64,000 nt of DNA from an uncultured bacterium (GTDB lineage Bacteria; Verrucomicrobiota; Kiritimatiellia; RFP12; UBA1067), in NCBI GenBank assembly GCA_942493055.1, contig OW818680.1:4184529-4248528 (forward strand), given 5' to 3'. Each line of letters starts with the position of its first letter. Position 1 is the stretch's first letter. The position numbers and the translations under genes were made by a program. Shown here one piece after another: positions 36,447 through 45,289 of this stretch. The notes under the pieces are model-generated. The model searched no databases and was not told the DNA's origin. It saw nothing but the letters and a program-made list of their open reading frames with translations.

Positions 36447-38288
36447 TCAAACTGTGTCCTCTTCTGCTTGAGATTCTGTCACATCAGATAAAGTTAATCG
36501 AAGCGAATCTAAACGCAACTCACGATCCGCGAGCTTTTCTTGTCGTGCAAGCCACCTCTGGAACTTTTCTGGATCGCTTTCAATGTCGAGGCTCTCTCGA
36601 TACTGAGTTGCCTCAGCAGTCTCCGTCCAATGGGCAACTGTGAGTGGCTCGGACTGGCTAAGCCGATCCACTTCCTCGCGAACATTTTTGAGAGAGACAC
36701 GAAAGAATTCTTTGCGTGAGTTGACTTTGTTAATTTGCATAGCTAGAAAGCGTTTTTGGAGTTTGTGTTCAAGCACTGGAGCGTTATCACTCTTGATCCA
36801 AGCGTGAACATCGAAGTCAAAAGGTACGCTAGCGTCGCCGAGTTCGTCAATACGTTCTTGTGGGTTGGGACGACGCGTTTGGCCGATCTTGTAGATACCT
36901 TCTCCTAATGTGCCAACGTTTGAGATAATGTAAACAGTTCCAGTTTTGGTTTGCTGGGCGATCGTGAGTTTCTTCTCTGTGGCAGCAGCTAGGTCTAGTC
37001 GAAGAGTGTCGTTAGATTGCTGCATTTCGGCAATTTTGCGTTCCCACATTTCCTTGTCTTGTGCTGTCGCTTGCTCGAATGCAAGCCGTGCAGCAGCGAG
37101 TTCACGTTCTTTCTCTTCGAGTGCCTTCTTTGTGAGTTCCTCTTCCTTTGCCGCTTGACGAATCTGCTGTTCGTACTCCCTGCGCGCTTTCTCTTCATCG
37201 CGCATGCGTGCCTTGATCTCGCGCTGCTCTTCAAGTTGTCTGCGGACGAGTTCCTGAACGACGACAGCCCATTTCAATTCTTCAAGTCTAGCATTTAGAT
37301 AGGTATCATGAATACGGGCCTCTCGAAATGCTTTGCCGTTAAAATTGACGAGGCTGAAGGAGTCGCGAATCTCTTGCTCCAAAATCCCATAGTTGTCGCG
37401 TTTCACTCTTGTGAGTATGGCATCGACTCGGCCATTGAACGCATCAATAACAAAGCGGATGGCGGTCTCTCTACGGTTCGCCTCAACGTACTCACAGGTT
37501 GCAGCTTCGCCTTGCTCTACCATTCGGCGGGATTGCGCCCTGGCTGACTTGAGGGATTCGCCAGCTGAGGTGTAGCCAAACTCAACGGCCAAATTGTCGA
37601 GTAGACTATGCGTAGGAATAATGTATCTGTCGCCGTAACCTTCGATGATGTTACGCATGGCCTCAGTAGCACGTTCAAGAAGCTGCTTGTCGCGCAGTGA
37701 ATCATAAGCCTCTCCAGCAATCTCTCTTGCCCGTTTTTCTGCATCTTCGACGATTAAGCCAGCATCGCGCGTAGCTTGGTTGAGGCGTGCATCTGCCTGT
37801 TCATAGATCGTCTTCGCTGTCTCAGTTGCCTTAACACGTTCGGTCTCAGCGGCTGATCGAGTCTGCTCAAGGAGAGTCCTTGCTTGTGCACGTAATGCAG
37901 TTGCTTCCGATATGGCGGTATCGAGTGCCTGTCTAACCTCGACTTCAGCATTGCGAAGGGAAGCGAAATGGCTTAAGGCGTTTAGCTCTGCCATAGCCTT
38001 GGTAAGTTGGGTCTGTGAGTCTTCAACAATTCGGCGCGCTTCAGTTTCGTAATGTTGGCGGATTCGTTCTGCTTCGACGCGCATATCAGCGATTTGCTGG
38101 GCAATTAGTTTTTGCGCCTCGTCGAGGGACTGCGAGGTTTCTGACCTTATACGAACGGTTTCTTGCTTAGCCACGGCTACTTCTTTTTGGCGCTGGTCAG
38201 CAAGGTTTTTGAGGGTCTTTGTTTTTAAAAAGAAGACAACAAGGGCTATCAAAAGACCTATGCAGGCAATGGCGAGGAATATAGTCAT
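36447..38288 (-). CDS. DUF4041 + T5orf172 (GIY-YIG-like/MUG113) domain protein with an N-terminal transmembrane anchor and a long coiled coil
   Basis: A 613-aa ORF with N-terminal MTIFLAIACIGLLIALVVFFL and an extended Ala/Glu/Arg/Gln-rich coiled coil. The C-terminal GTVYIISNVGTLGEGIYKIGQTRR...RIDELGDASVPFDFDVHAWI...LEHKLQKRF...NSRKEFFRV matches the T5orf172/GIY-YIG core (YIGxT, R, E, N). Confidence 0.8.
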   Translation of the reverse strand: MTIFLAIACIGLLIALVVFFLKTKTLKNLADQRQKEVAVAKQETVRIRSETSQSLDEAQKLIAQQIADMRVEAERIRQHYETEARRIVEDSQTQLTKAMAELNALSHFASLRNAEVEVRQALDTAISEATALRAQARTLLEQTRSAAETERVKATETAKTIYEQADARLNQATRDAGLIVEDAEKRAREIAGEAYDSLRDKQLLERATEAMRNIIEGYGDRYIIPTHSLLDNLAVEFGYTSAGESLKSARAQSRRMVEQGEAATCEYVEANRRETAIRFVIDAFNGRVDAILTRVKRDNYGILEQEIRDSFSLVNFNGKAFREARIHDTYLNARLEELKWAVVVQELVRRQLEEQREIKARMRDEEKARREYEQQIRQAAKEEELTKKALEEKERELAAARLAFEQATAQDKEMWERKIAEMQQSNDTLRLDLAAATEKKLTIAQQTKTGTVYIISNVGTLGEGIYKIGQTRRPNPQERIDELGDASVPFDFDVHAWIKSDNAPVLEHKLQKRFLAMQINKVNSRKEFFRVSLKNVREEVDRLSQSEPLTVAHWTETAEATQYRESLDIESDPEKFQRWLARQEKLADRELRLDSLRLTLSDVTESQAEEDTV

Positions 38289-38315
38289 AAAACAATCTCC
38301 AGGGGATTACAAGGG

Positions 38316-39389
38316 TTAGGTAAGTTCTGGGTTCAATGCTGCACATTGAGTTGTAAGCTCTGCTCTAAGCCGTTGTGCCGTTTCGAGGGTTGCGTTGAAG
38401 TCTCTGTTGACGAATGCATCCTGTGGGGTGAGATCCGCGACCGTCAAAGGCGTGATGAGCTCGAAATCGCCAGTTTTTCGGGATGTTCTGAGGTCTCCAC
38501 GATGTGGCATACTCATAATTGAGTCTGACGGGTCGATCATATTGAAGTTAATAGAGTTGATGATATTTCGAGAAATTACGACAGAAAGGAACGGCCGCTC
38601 GACAGTCTGCCCAGTAGTTGTGTCCAAAGTCTCCGCCGAGGAGGAGATCAGCAGAGTCTCAATTGGAAGGAGTGCGAAAAGTTCACGGGCCGCTCGCAAA
38701 ACGCAACTACATATATAGTCCTGATAGATTTCTGCGAAACGGGATTTCGGGATGGCCTTGACGGAAACTTTTCCTGATGCAGTAAGAAGCTTCTGCTCCG
38801 CTGGAATTGCTTGTCGTCCATGAGTACTGAGCATGACCTCGACAAGGCGCGGATTGTGACTGGTGAAGTGAAAAGAGGAACCAATACCGTCGAGTTCAGA
38901 GAATGGGTTGATTTTTTCTACTGCCTCAATATAGGCATCTTGATCGCTGTTGAGAATTCGTCGGGCAAGACTCGCCATGTTTGACCATTCTGCGTAATCT
39001 GCGGCATAGGATTGAAGGGATTCCTCATAATCGCGTTCATCCTGCTGTTTTGCGAGTTCAATGGCAACATCTTTATTTTTGGCCGTTGGCAGGAGGGCGA
39101 GGCTCTGACGGGCTTTGAGTTCGTTATACTTCTGGCGACAAGGATGGATTGGAGGCAGGGCTACAGCGATGGCAAGCCAGTCTATCGCATCGGTTTGTTC
39201 CTTATGGAGAGAAAGTAGTACGTCTAGGGAGTTTTCATAAGCTTCGACCTCTAATCGTGACTGTTCGAGAGTTGTAAGCTTTTCAGCCTCCTTTATTTGG
39301 CGATCTAATTCACGTTGCCGGTTCTTGGCTTCGCGCGTCTGTACCCGGCCAGTGGCTCTTCTTGTGCGTATAGTAGTGTTTTGTGTCAT
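38316..39389 (-). CDS. Hypothetical protein (uncharacterised; partner of the DUF4041/T5orf172 gene)
   Basis: A 357-aa ORF ending 27 bp upstream of the DUF4041 gene start on the same strand. The N-terminus is a basic coiled coil (RRATGRVQTREAKNRQRELDRQIKEAEK). No recognisable catalytic motifs. Low GC. Confidence 0.6.
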   Translation of the reverse strand: MTQNTTIRTRRATGRVQTREAKNRQRELDRQIKEAEKLTTLEQSRLEVEAYENSLDVLLSLHKEQTDAIDWLAIAVALPPIHPCRQKYNELKARQSLALLPTAKNKDVAIELAKQQDERDYEESLQSYAADYAEWSNMASLARRILNSDQDAYIEAVEKINPFSELDGIGSSFHFTSHNPRLVEVMLSTHGRQAIPAEQKLLTASGKVSVKAIPKSRFAEIYQDYICSCVLRAARELFALLPIETLLISSSAETLDTTTGQTVERPFLSVVISRNIINSINFNMIDPSDSIMSMPHRGDLRTSRKTGDFELITPLTVADLTPQDAFVNRDFNATLETAQRLRAELTTQCAALNPELT

Positions 39390-39710
39390 ACCAATATCTC
39401 AAGCCTACCAAGATTACCGAAAGTGTCGGTTTGAAGTCCAACTAAACAAATATGTTGTCAGTGTTGCGGTTTTCCCCGCACAATTCAAGTCAAAAAAAAT
39501 AATAGTTTCTGGCCAGAGTCAAAATCAAATTTTGCTTAATTGCCCTGATGGAGCACAAAATGAGGTAAGAGTACATCAACAAACCACTGCACCGTAAGTA
39601 GAATGGGCTTGTTTGGGGTGTTAGACTTTTGATAAGGTAACCCCATATTGAAAATGTGAGGTGATAAGTAAACGATAATCACTGAATGACTCCAGTCCCA
39701 CAGGTGTAAA

Positions 39711-40529
39711 ATGGTAAACAAGAAGAAAGTTTATGAAATTATTGGGCTAAACGGGAAAAACAAGTGGAGTAGGTTCTTTAACCTTGCCATGATGTTTTTG
39801 ATTCTAATTAACATTATCATCCTTTTTATCTCAACGCTTGACGTTCAAGAGAAAGGCCAACATTGGTTAAACACGGCAGAAACAATTATTGGTATAATTT
39901 TTACAGTGGAGTATGTTTTGCGTTTCTGGACGGCGAATTATCTATATCCTGAACGATCATGGTTAGAAGCGCGTTTCTGTTATATTAGTTCGCCGATGGC
40001 AGTGATTGATTTGCTTTCCATATTGCCTATTTATTTGCCTTTCCTGCTACCTGTAAACTTCGCAAGTATTCGTGCGCTTAGGATCATTAGGATCTTTCGG
40101 ATTATTAAATTGAATCGATATACGGATGCTTTTGTGTCAGTAGCAAATGTTTTTAAACTTAAAGCCAAGCAATTATTAGTCTCCTTCCTGCTCGTCGGCT
40201 TGTTAATGTTGATTTCTTCTTTGTTAATATACGGTGCTGAACATGAGATGCAGCCGGATAAGTTTGCAAATGCTTTTTCCGGGCTTTGGTGGGCAGTGGC
40301 CACGTTGACTACAGTAGGATATGGCGATATTTATCCTGTTACGGCTCTTGGAAAAATACTATCATCAATCATTGCAATGTTAGGTATTGGGATGGTTGCT
40401 GTGCCGACAGGCATTATTAGTGCTGGATTTATGGAGGCAATGGCCAATAAGGAAAAAGAAAAAAAGCAGGATGTCTTCAAGTATTGTCCTCATTGTGGGG
40501 AAAAACTGTTTGCGCATGTGGAGAAGTAG
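39711..40529 (+). CDS. Voltage-gated-type potassium channel (6TM Ion_trans/Kv-like)
   Basis: The K+ selectivity filter [12 protein letters not shown] is present. The S4 segment has Arg at every third position ([17 protein letters not shown]). S1-S6 can be assigned by hydropathy. There is a C-terminal CPHCGEK zinc-ribbon-like tail. Confidence 0.85.
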   Translation: MVNKKKVYEIIGLNGKNKWSRFFNLAMMFLILINIIILFISTLDVQEKGQHWLNTAETIIGIIFTVEYVLRFWTANYLYPERSWLEARFCYISSPMAVIDLLSILPIYLPFLLPVNFASIRALRIIRIFRIIKLNRYTDAFVSVANVFKLKAKQLLVSFLLVGLLMLISSLLIYGAEHEMQPDKFANAFSGLWWAVATLTTVGYGDIYPVTALGKILSSIIAMLGIGMVAVPTGIISAGFMEAMANKEKEKKQDVFKYCPHCGEKLFAHVEK

Positions 40530-40530
40530 T

Positions 40531-41104
40531 TATGAAAAAACAAGTGAACAAGACACGAGTGGCAGAGCTGACGCGTCAGCTCCTGATTGAGCTGGGCGAA
40601 GATCCTGACCGCGAAGGGTTGAAGGGGACGCCGAAGCGCGTGGCGGAGTCGCTCGCCTTTCTGACCGGCGGCTATCGGCAGACGACGAAGCGGGTCGTCA
40701 ACAATGCGGTCTTCCAGTCGCATACGAACCACATGATCATCGTTCGCGACATCGAAATCTACAGCTTGTGCGAACACCACATGCTGCCCTTCTACGGCCG
40801 CTGCCATGTGGGCTACATCGCCAAGGACAAGGTGATCGGCGTGAGCAAGATCGCACGCATCGTGGATTGTTTCGCGCGCCGGCTCCAGATTCAGGAGCGC
40901 CTGACGGAGCAGATCGCTGACTCGATCATGGAGGAGGTGGATGCCGAGGGCGTCGGCGTGGTCATGGAGTGCCGCCACCTCTGCATGATGATGCGCGGCG
41001 TGGAGAAGCAGAACTCGGTCATGACCACCTCGGCCGTGCTCGGCTCCTTCCGGACCGAAGGCGCCACGCGCCAGGAGTTCTTGTCATTGATTAGGGCGCA
41101 TTAA
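40531..41104 (+). CDS. folE: GTP cyclohydrolase I
   Basis: An RBS (ggagaag) precedes the ATG at 40531. The FolE active-site blocks [11 protein letters not shown] and [13 protein letters not shown] are present. It starts 2 bp after the channel gene stop. Confidence 0.9.
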
Positions 41105-41340
41105 GAAGTTCTAAAGTTCTAAAATGCTAAAGTTCCTGACGGGGATGCGCGTTTAGGGATCGTGAGGCTGGTGGCTGGCAGGTGATCGGCCACGACCCGC
41201 CTTCGAAAATCTACGGCTTGGCAGGCAGCGCGTGGCCCTCCCGTGCGTTTGATTTCCCCTTGAATATTGGATATTCCGTGTTGGATATTGGATATTCCGT
41301 CAACTTTAGAACTCTCGAACTTTAGAACTTCTCGCTCGAT
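41105..41340. repeat. Short inverted AACTTTAGAAC-type repeats flanking a GC-rich segment, with tandem TGGATATTCCG units
   Basis: gttctaaagttctaaaatgctaaagttcc (41105-41133) pairs with aactttagaactctcgaactttagaac (41303-41330). ttggatattccg occurs 3 times at 41263-41300. Confidence 0.6.
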
Positions 41341-41455
41341 CTCTTCGAATGTCTTTCAAGACGCACGAGGCAGGTTCAGGCGTATGTAACCTGTCTGGCA
41401 GCCTCACGTCTCAAAGGCCCTGCGCAGCGAAACGTTCTTCAAGCGTGGGCTGCCT

Positions 41456-43687
41456 TCATTTCACATTCCCTTCGACCGTCAGCCACCTCCTGCATACCGT
41501 CGGAGGCGTTCCGGTCTTCTGATCGGCTGCAGCCGTGGCTCTGAGTACACATGCGCCGGCCGCGTCGGGGACCGTCAGTGGGAGCTCATAACTCGTATCC
41601 GCGCCCGCCTTGAGCTCGAAACGCTGTTCGGTGCAGACGAGTTCTTTGCCCCTGCCGTTGACGAGTGCGAGGCGGAGCGTGCCGCTCAGCGGGATCGGCT
41701 CGTCGTTGACCAGCATGATCTTGAAGGCGCGCGTCTCGCCCGCCTTCAGTGTGGGTTGAAAGAAGTTGACGTAGACGCCCAGCGGCTTGAACGCCTCGCC
41801 CATGTAGTCGGCAAAGGCCGGATCCAGCTTGAGCCGGGGCACATCCGCGAAGTGGTCGGCCGTGTAGACGCCGGGATAACTGCACGTCAGGTAGACGAAG
41901 TGAACGATGCCGGCGTACTGGCGGTGCGCGCGCCAGAACTCGGTCTTGCCGGCCAGCAGATACGAGTAGAGGTCGAGCCGCTGCCGCGCCGTGCTGTTCG
42001 TTCCGCAGAGTTGCGCGTATACGTTCTCGGTGAGCAGCGTCGGCGTGCCGTCTCGGTTGAGCCAGAGCCAGCCGTATTCGTTGATGAGCTTCGGGTTCGT
42101 GGCAGAGGGCAGCTTGCCCCGCGGTTTGCCGTCCATCGACTCGAGGTCGCTCATCTTGAATTTCATCGGCCCGTGCCAGCCGCCGATCATGAGGTACGGG
42201 TGATCTTCCACCGGATCGTCCGGAGCAGCCGGCGTGTTGTAGCTGTTCTCCCAGGGCCGGTTCGACAAGTCGAGCGGGCGAACGGCCGGAATGATCGTGT
42301 CGCCGAAAGCTGCGTCCTTGGTCTCGTTGTTCGCGTCCCAGACCGCCACGCTGGGATGATTCCAGTTGTCACGCATCCAGTCCTTGTATTGCCGGATCAT
42401 CTCGGCGTTGTCATGCGTGCGCGAATAGCCCTTGCCCCAGCCCGGAGCGCCCGTCCAAACAAAGAACTCGTTCTGGATCAGCAGCCCGACCTCGTCGCAG
42501 ATTTCGAACCAGCGGTCCGGCACCGGGCCGATGCAGAACCGGAAATAGTTCCAGTGCATGTTCTTCGGGACATCGCCGAGAAGTTTGCGCACCCACTTCT
42601 CATTCCACGGCAGCGCCTTGCACAGCGGGTCTTCGAAGAACCGGTGCAGGGTGATGTTCGAGCCGCGCAGAAAGTAGATTTTGCCGTTGAGGAGGGCGCG
42701 ACCGGTGACGGCATCGAAGCGGAACTCGCGCATGCCGAAGCGCGTCTCAACCGAGTCGCCGCCCGTGCGCGTCTCGACGACGTACAGGAACGGATCCTCC
42801 GGCGACCAGAGGTGCGCATCGGGAATCTTGACCGTCTGCGTCAATACCTTCTCCTCGCCCGGCTGCAGCGCGACGGCGATTGCGTCGCCCGCAGCGACCG
42901 ACTTCCCCCGCTTCCATGTTTTGACGGCGTGGGTCACGGAGGCGCTGAGCGGCGCGGCAGAGTAATTCTTCACGCGGGTCTGCACCAACGCCTCGCCCGC
43001 GGCAATGCGCGGCGCGACTTGAAGGGTTTCAATCACGGGGTTGTCGCAGAAACGCACCGACACGCTGTCGTAGATGCCCGGCGACCAGGTGTTCTTCTCG
43101 AAATCCGAGCCGGTCGGAAAGGTGTCCGGCAGCACGGCCGGGTGCGCGCCGATGCGGATCACAACCGTGTTTTCCGCATTCCAGCGGATCGCCTTGCCGA
43201 GCGCGAAGAAGCTGGCTGTGAAGCAGCCGGGGTACTCGCCCAGCTTCTGGCCGTTGAGCCAGACGGCTGTGCCGAACTGCGCCTTGCTGATCTTGAGCAG
43301 CGCCACGGCCCGCTCCTTCGGGGCGCGGAAGGTCTTGCGGTACCAGAAGTAGTCGCGGCCCTGATCCACCTTGCCCACCCAGTACTTCTCCAGCCAGTCA
43401 TCGGGCGCGCGTTTGTAGGTGATACGGCGGGAGAGATTCTCGCGGCTGATGAATTGGTCTACGTCCTTAAAAGCCGGCCTCGCCAAGTTGGCCAGCCCCG
43501 GCACCGGCACGGTGTGCGCGAAATCCGATGGTATCGCATCCGGTACTTTCCCCTCGGCGATCTCCCATTCGCCGTCCAGCGAAAGCGTCTGACGCTCGGC
43601 CGCCGGACTCTCCCGAGACAGAAATAGCAAAACGCTTAACGTCCACAAAAACAGTGTGCGATACGATTTATGTTTCATCCTTTTCAT
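41456..43687 (-). CDS. Glycoside hydrolase family 2 (beta-mannosidase/beta-galactosidase-like), secreted
   Basis: Signal peptide present. GH2 sugar-binding domain (AVWLNGQKLGEYPGCFTASFFALGKAI). TIM-barrel acid/base motif NHPSVAVWDANNETKD and nucleophile motif LINEYGW. 743 aa. Confidence 0.8.
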   Translation of the reverse strand: MKRMKHKSYRTLFLWTLSVLLFLSRESPAAERQTLSLDGEWEIAEGKVPDAIPSDFAHTVPVPGLANLARPAFKDVDQFISRENLSRRITYKRAPDDWLEKYWVGKVDQGRDYFWYRKTFRAPKERAVALLKISKAQFGTAVWLNGQKLGEYPGCFTASFFALGKAIRWNAENTVVIRIGAHPAVLPDTFPTGSDFEKNTWSPGIYDSVSVRFCDNPVIETLQVAPRIAAGEALVQTRVKNYSAAPLSASVTHAVKTWKRGKSVAAGDAIAVALQPGEEKVLTQTVKIPDAHLWSPEDPFLYVVETRTGGDSVETRFGMREFRFDAVTGRALLNGKIYFLRGSNITLHRFFEDPLCKALPWNEKWVRKLLGDVPKNMHWNYFRFCIGPVPDRWFEICDEVGLLIQNEFFVWTGAPGWGKGYSRTHDNAEMIRQYKDWMRDNWNHPSVAVWDANNETKDAAFGDTIIPAVRPLDLSNRPWENSYNTPAAPDDPVEDHPYLMIGGWHGPMKFKMSDLESMDGKPRGKLPSATNPKLINEYGWLWLNRDGTPTLLTENVYAQLCGTNSTARQRLDLYSYLLAGKTEFWRAHRQYAGIVHFVYLTCSYPGVYTADHFADVPRLKLDPAFADYMGEAFKPLGVYVNFFQPTLKAGETRAFKIMLVNDEPIPLSGTLRLALVNGRGKELVCTEQRFELKAGADTSYELPLTVPDAAGACVLRATAAADQKTGTPPTVCRRWLTVEGNVK

Positions 43688-43749
43688 CCCTTTCTGTTAG
43701 CGGTTTATCCGCAAGATACAGCACAAGACAGCTTCCATCAGCAAGCCGA

Positions 43750-45060
43750 TTATCCATCAGTCCTCTTCCAATACTGTTCAATCTCTTCGAGCGTCCGCCC
43801 TTTCGTCTCAGGGATCCAGCGCCAGACGAAGAAGAAGGAGAAGATGCAGAGTGCGCCATAGACCCAGAAGGGGAAGGCGTAGTGGAAGGTCTTGACGAGG
43901 AAGGCGTTGTCATTGAGCATCGGGAAGGTCTGCGAGACGAGGTAGTTTGAAATCCATAACGCAAAGGTCGCCACCGACATGGCGCGCCCCCGTATGTTGT
44001 TCGGAAACATTTCTGAGAGCACCACCCACACCACGGGGCCCATCGCGATGGAGAAGCTGGCGATGTAGAGGATGATCAGGAGGAGTCCGATCACACCCGC
44101 CATCTGCATGTAGGCGACGTAGCTGAAGGCGAAGAGCGAGAAGGCCATGCCTGCGCTGGCCCAGAGGAGCAGGGGGCGGCGCCCCCACTTATCAACCCAG
44201 GTGACCGCGACTAACGTGAAGAGCACCATCGCCCCACCAATGATGGTGGTGTTGATCAGTGAGACATCGCCTTTGACGCCGAGCGACTGAAAGATTTTCG
44301 GCGCATAATAGAGAATCACATTGATGCCCGTCACTTGTTGGATGGCAGCCAGGATCACGCCGATCACGAGTAATCGACGCATCTTCGGAGAGAGTACGGT
44401 CTTCCAGGTGGAGTGCTCGTCTTTGTGCAACCCCTTTAGCCAGCGCGGACTCTCCGGCACGAAGAAGAGCAGGACAAGAAAGAGGACGCAGGGCAAGGCC
44501 TCTGCGCCAAACATCCAGCGCCAGCCGCGCGCGACATTCCAGGCCTCTGTTTTGCCGACAGCAATGAAGGTGTTGATAAAATAGGCCATGAGCATGCCTG
44601 AGGCGATGGCGATCTGGTTGACCGAGACCAGTCGCCCGCGCAGATGAGCAGGGGCAATTTCAGCGATGTACATGGGCGAGACCATGGAGGCGATGCCCAC
44701 GCCGATGCCCCCCAGCGCACGGTAAAGGACAAACTCTGTGAGCGAACGGGGAATCGCCGAGCCAATGGCGGAGATCAGAAACAAGATGGCCGCAACGATC
44801 AGGGTCGTCCTGCGCCCGAATTTGTCGCTAAACCATCCGGTGACGCAGACGCCGAGGACGCATCCGAGCAAGGCCGAGGAGGCCGCCCAGCCTTCCTGGG
44901 TTGCGTTGAGCGAAAAGAACTGCTTCAAAAAACCGATGCCGCCTGAGATGACAGCGGTATCGTATCCGAAGAGCAAGCCACCGAGGGTGGCGACCAGGCA
45001 GGGCAAGAGGAAGTGCTTGGGGGTGACAAGGGCCTCTTCAGGATTCAGTGATACACGCAT
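43750..45060 (-). CDS. MFS sugar porter family transporter (sugar:H+ symporter)
   Basis: Twelve transmembrane segments. The sugar-porter signatures GRR-type (GRRTTL), PESPRWL and PETKGRTLEEIE are present. Confidence 0.9.
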   Translation of the reverse strand: MRVSLNPEEALVTPKHFLLPCLVATLGGLLFGYDTAVISGGIGFLKQFFSLNATQEGWAASSALLGCVLGVCVTGWFSDKFGRRTTLIVAAILFLISAIGSAIPRSLTEFVLYRALGGIGVGIASMVSPMYIAEIAPAHLRGRLVSVNQIAIASGMLMAYFINTFIAVGKTEAWNVARGWRWMFGAEALPCVLFLVLLFFVPESPRWLKGLHKDEHSTWKTVLSPKMRRLLVIGVILAAIQQVTGINVILYYAPKIFQSLGVKGDVSLINTTIIGGAMVLFTLVAVTWVDKWGRRPLLLWASAGMAFSLFAFSYVAYMQMAGVIGLLLIILYIASFSIAMGPVVWVVLSEMFPNNIRGRAMSVATFALWISNYLVSQTFPMLNDNAFLVKTFHYAFPFWVYGALCIFSFFFVWRWIPETKGRTLEEIEQYWKRTDG

Positions 45061-45086
45061 TGTGAACCTCTTTCGTTATAACGCCA

Positions 45087-45268
45087 ATGGAATGGTGGAA
45101 TATTGGAATGTTGGAATAATGAGGGAGACGGAATGTCGCTTCTGGGAGGGACGGCGGATCGCCGTCCGGCGGTCGATCCGACCGCCCTCCCGATCTCTGC
45201 CAGAAAGTCTTCCAGTATTCCAAGATTCCATCATTCCATTATTTCTTGTGTTACAAGTCAGTTTATTC
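45087..45268. repeat. Composite intergenic repeat (TGGAATR arm, GC core at 45144-45191, ATTCC arm, CAGTTTATTC tail)
   Basis: It lies between the stop of 45290-47143 and the start of the MFS gene. The core gggagggacggcggatcgccgtccggcggtcgatccgaccgccctccc is present. Confidence 0.85.
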
Positions 45269-45289
45269 TCGGTAGTCCGCACGACAGGC

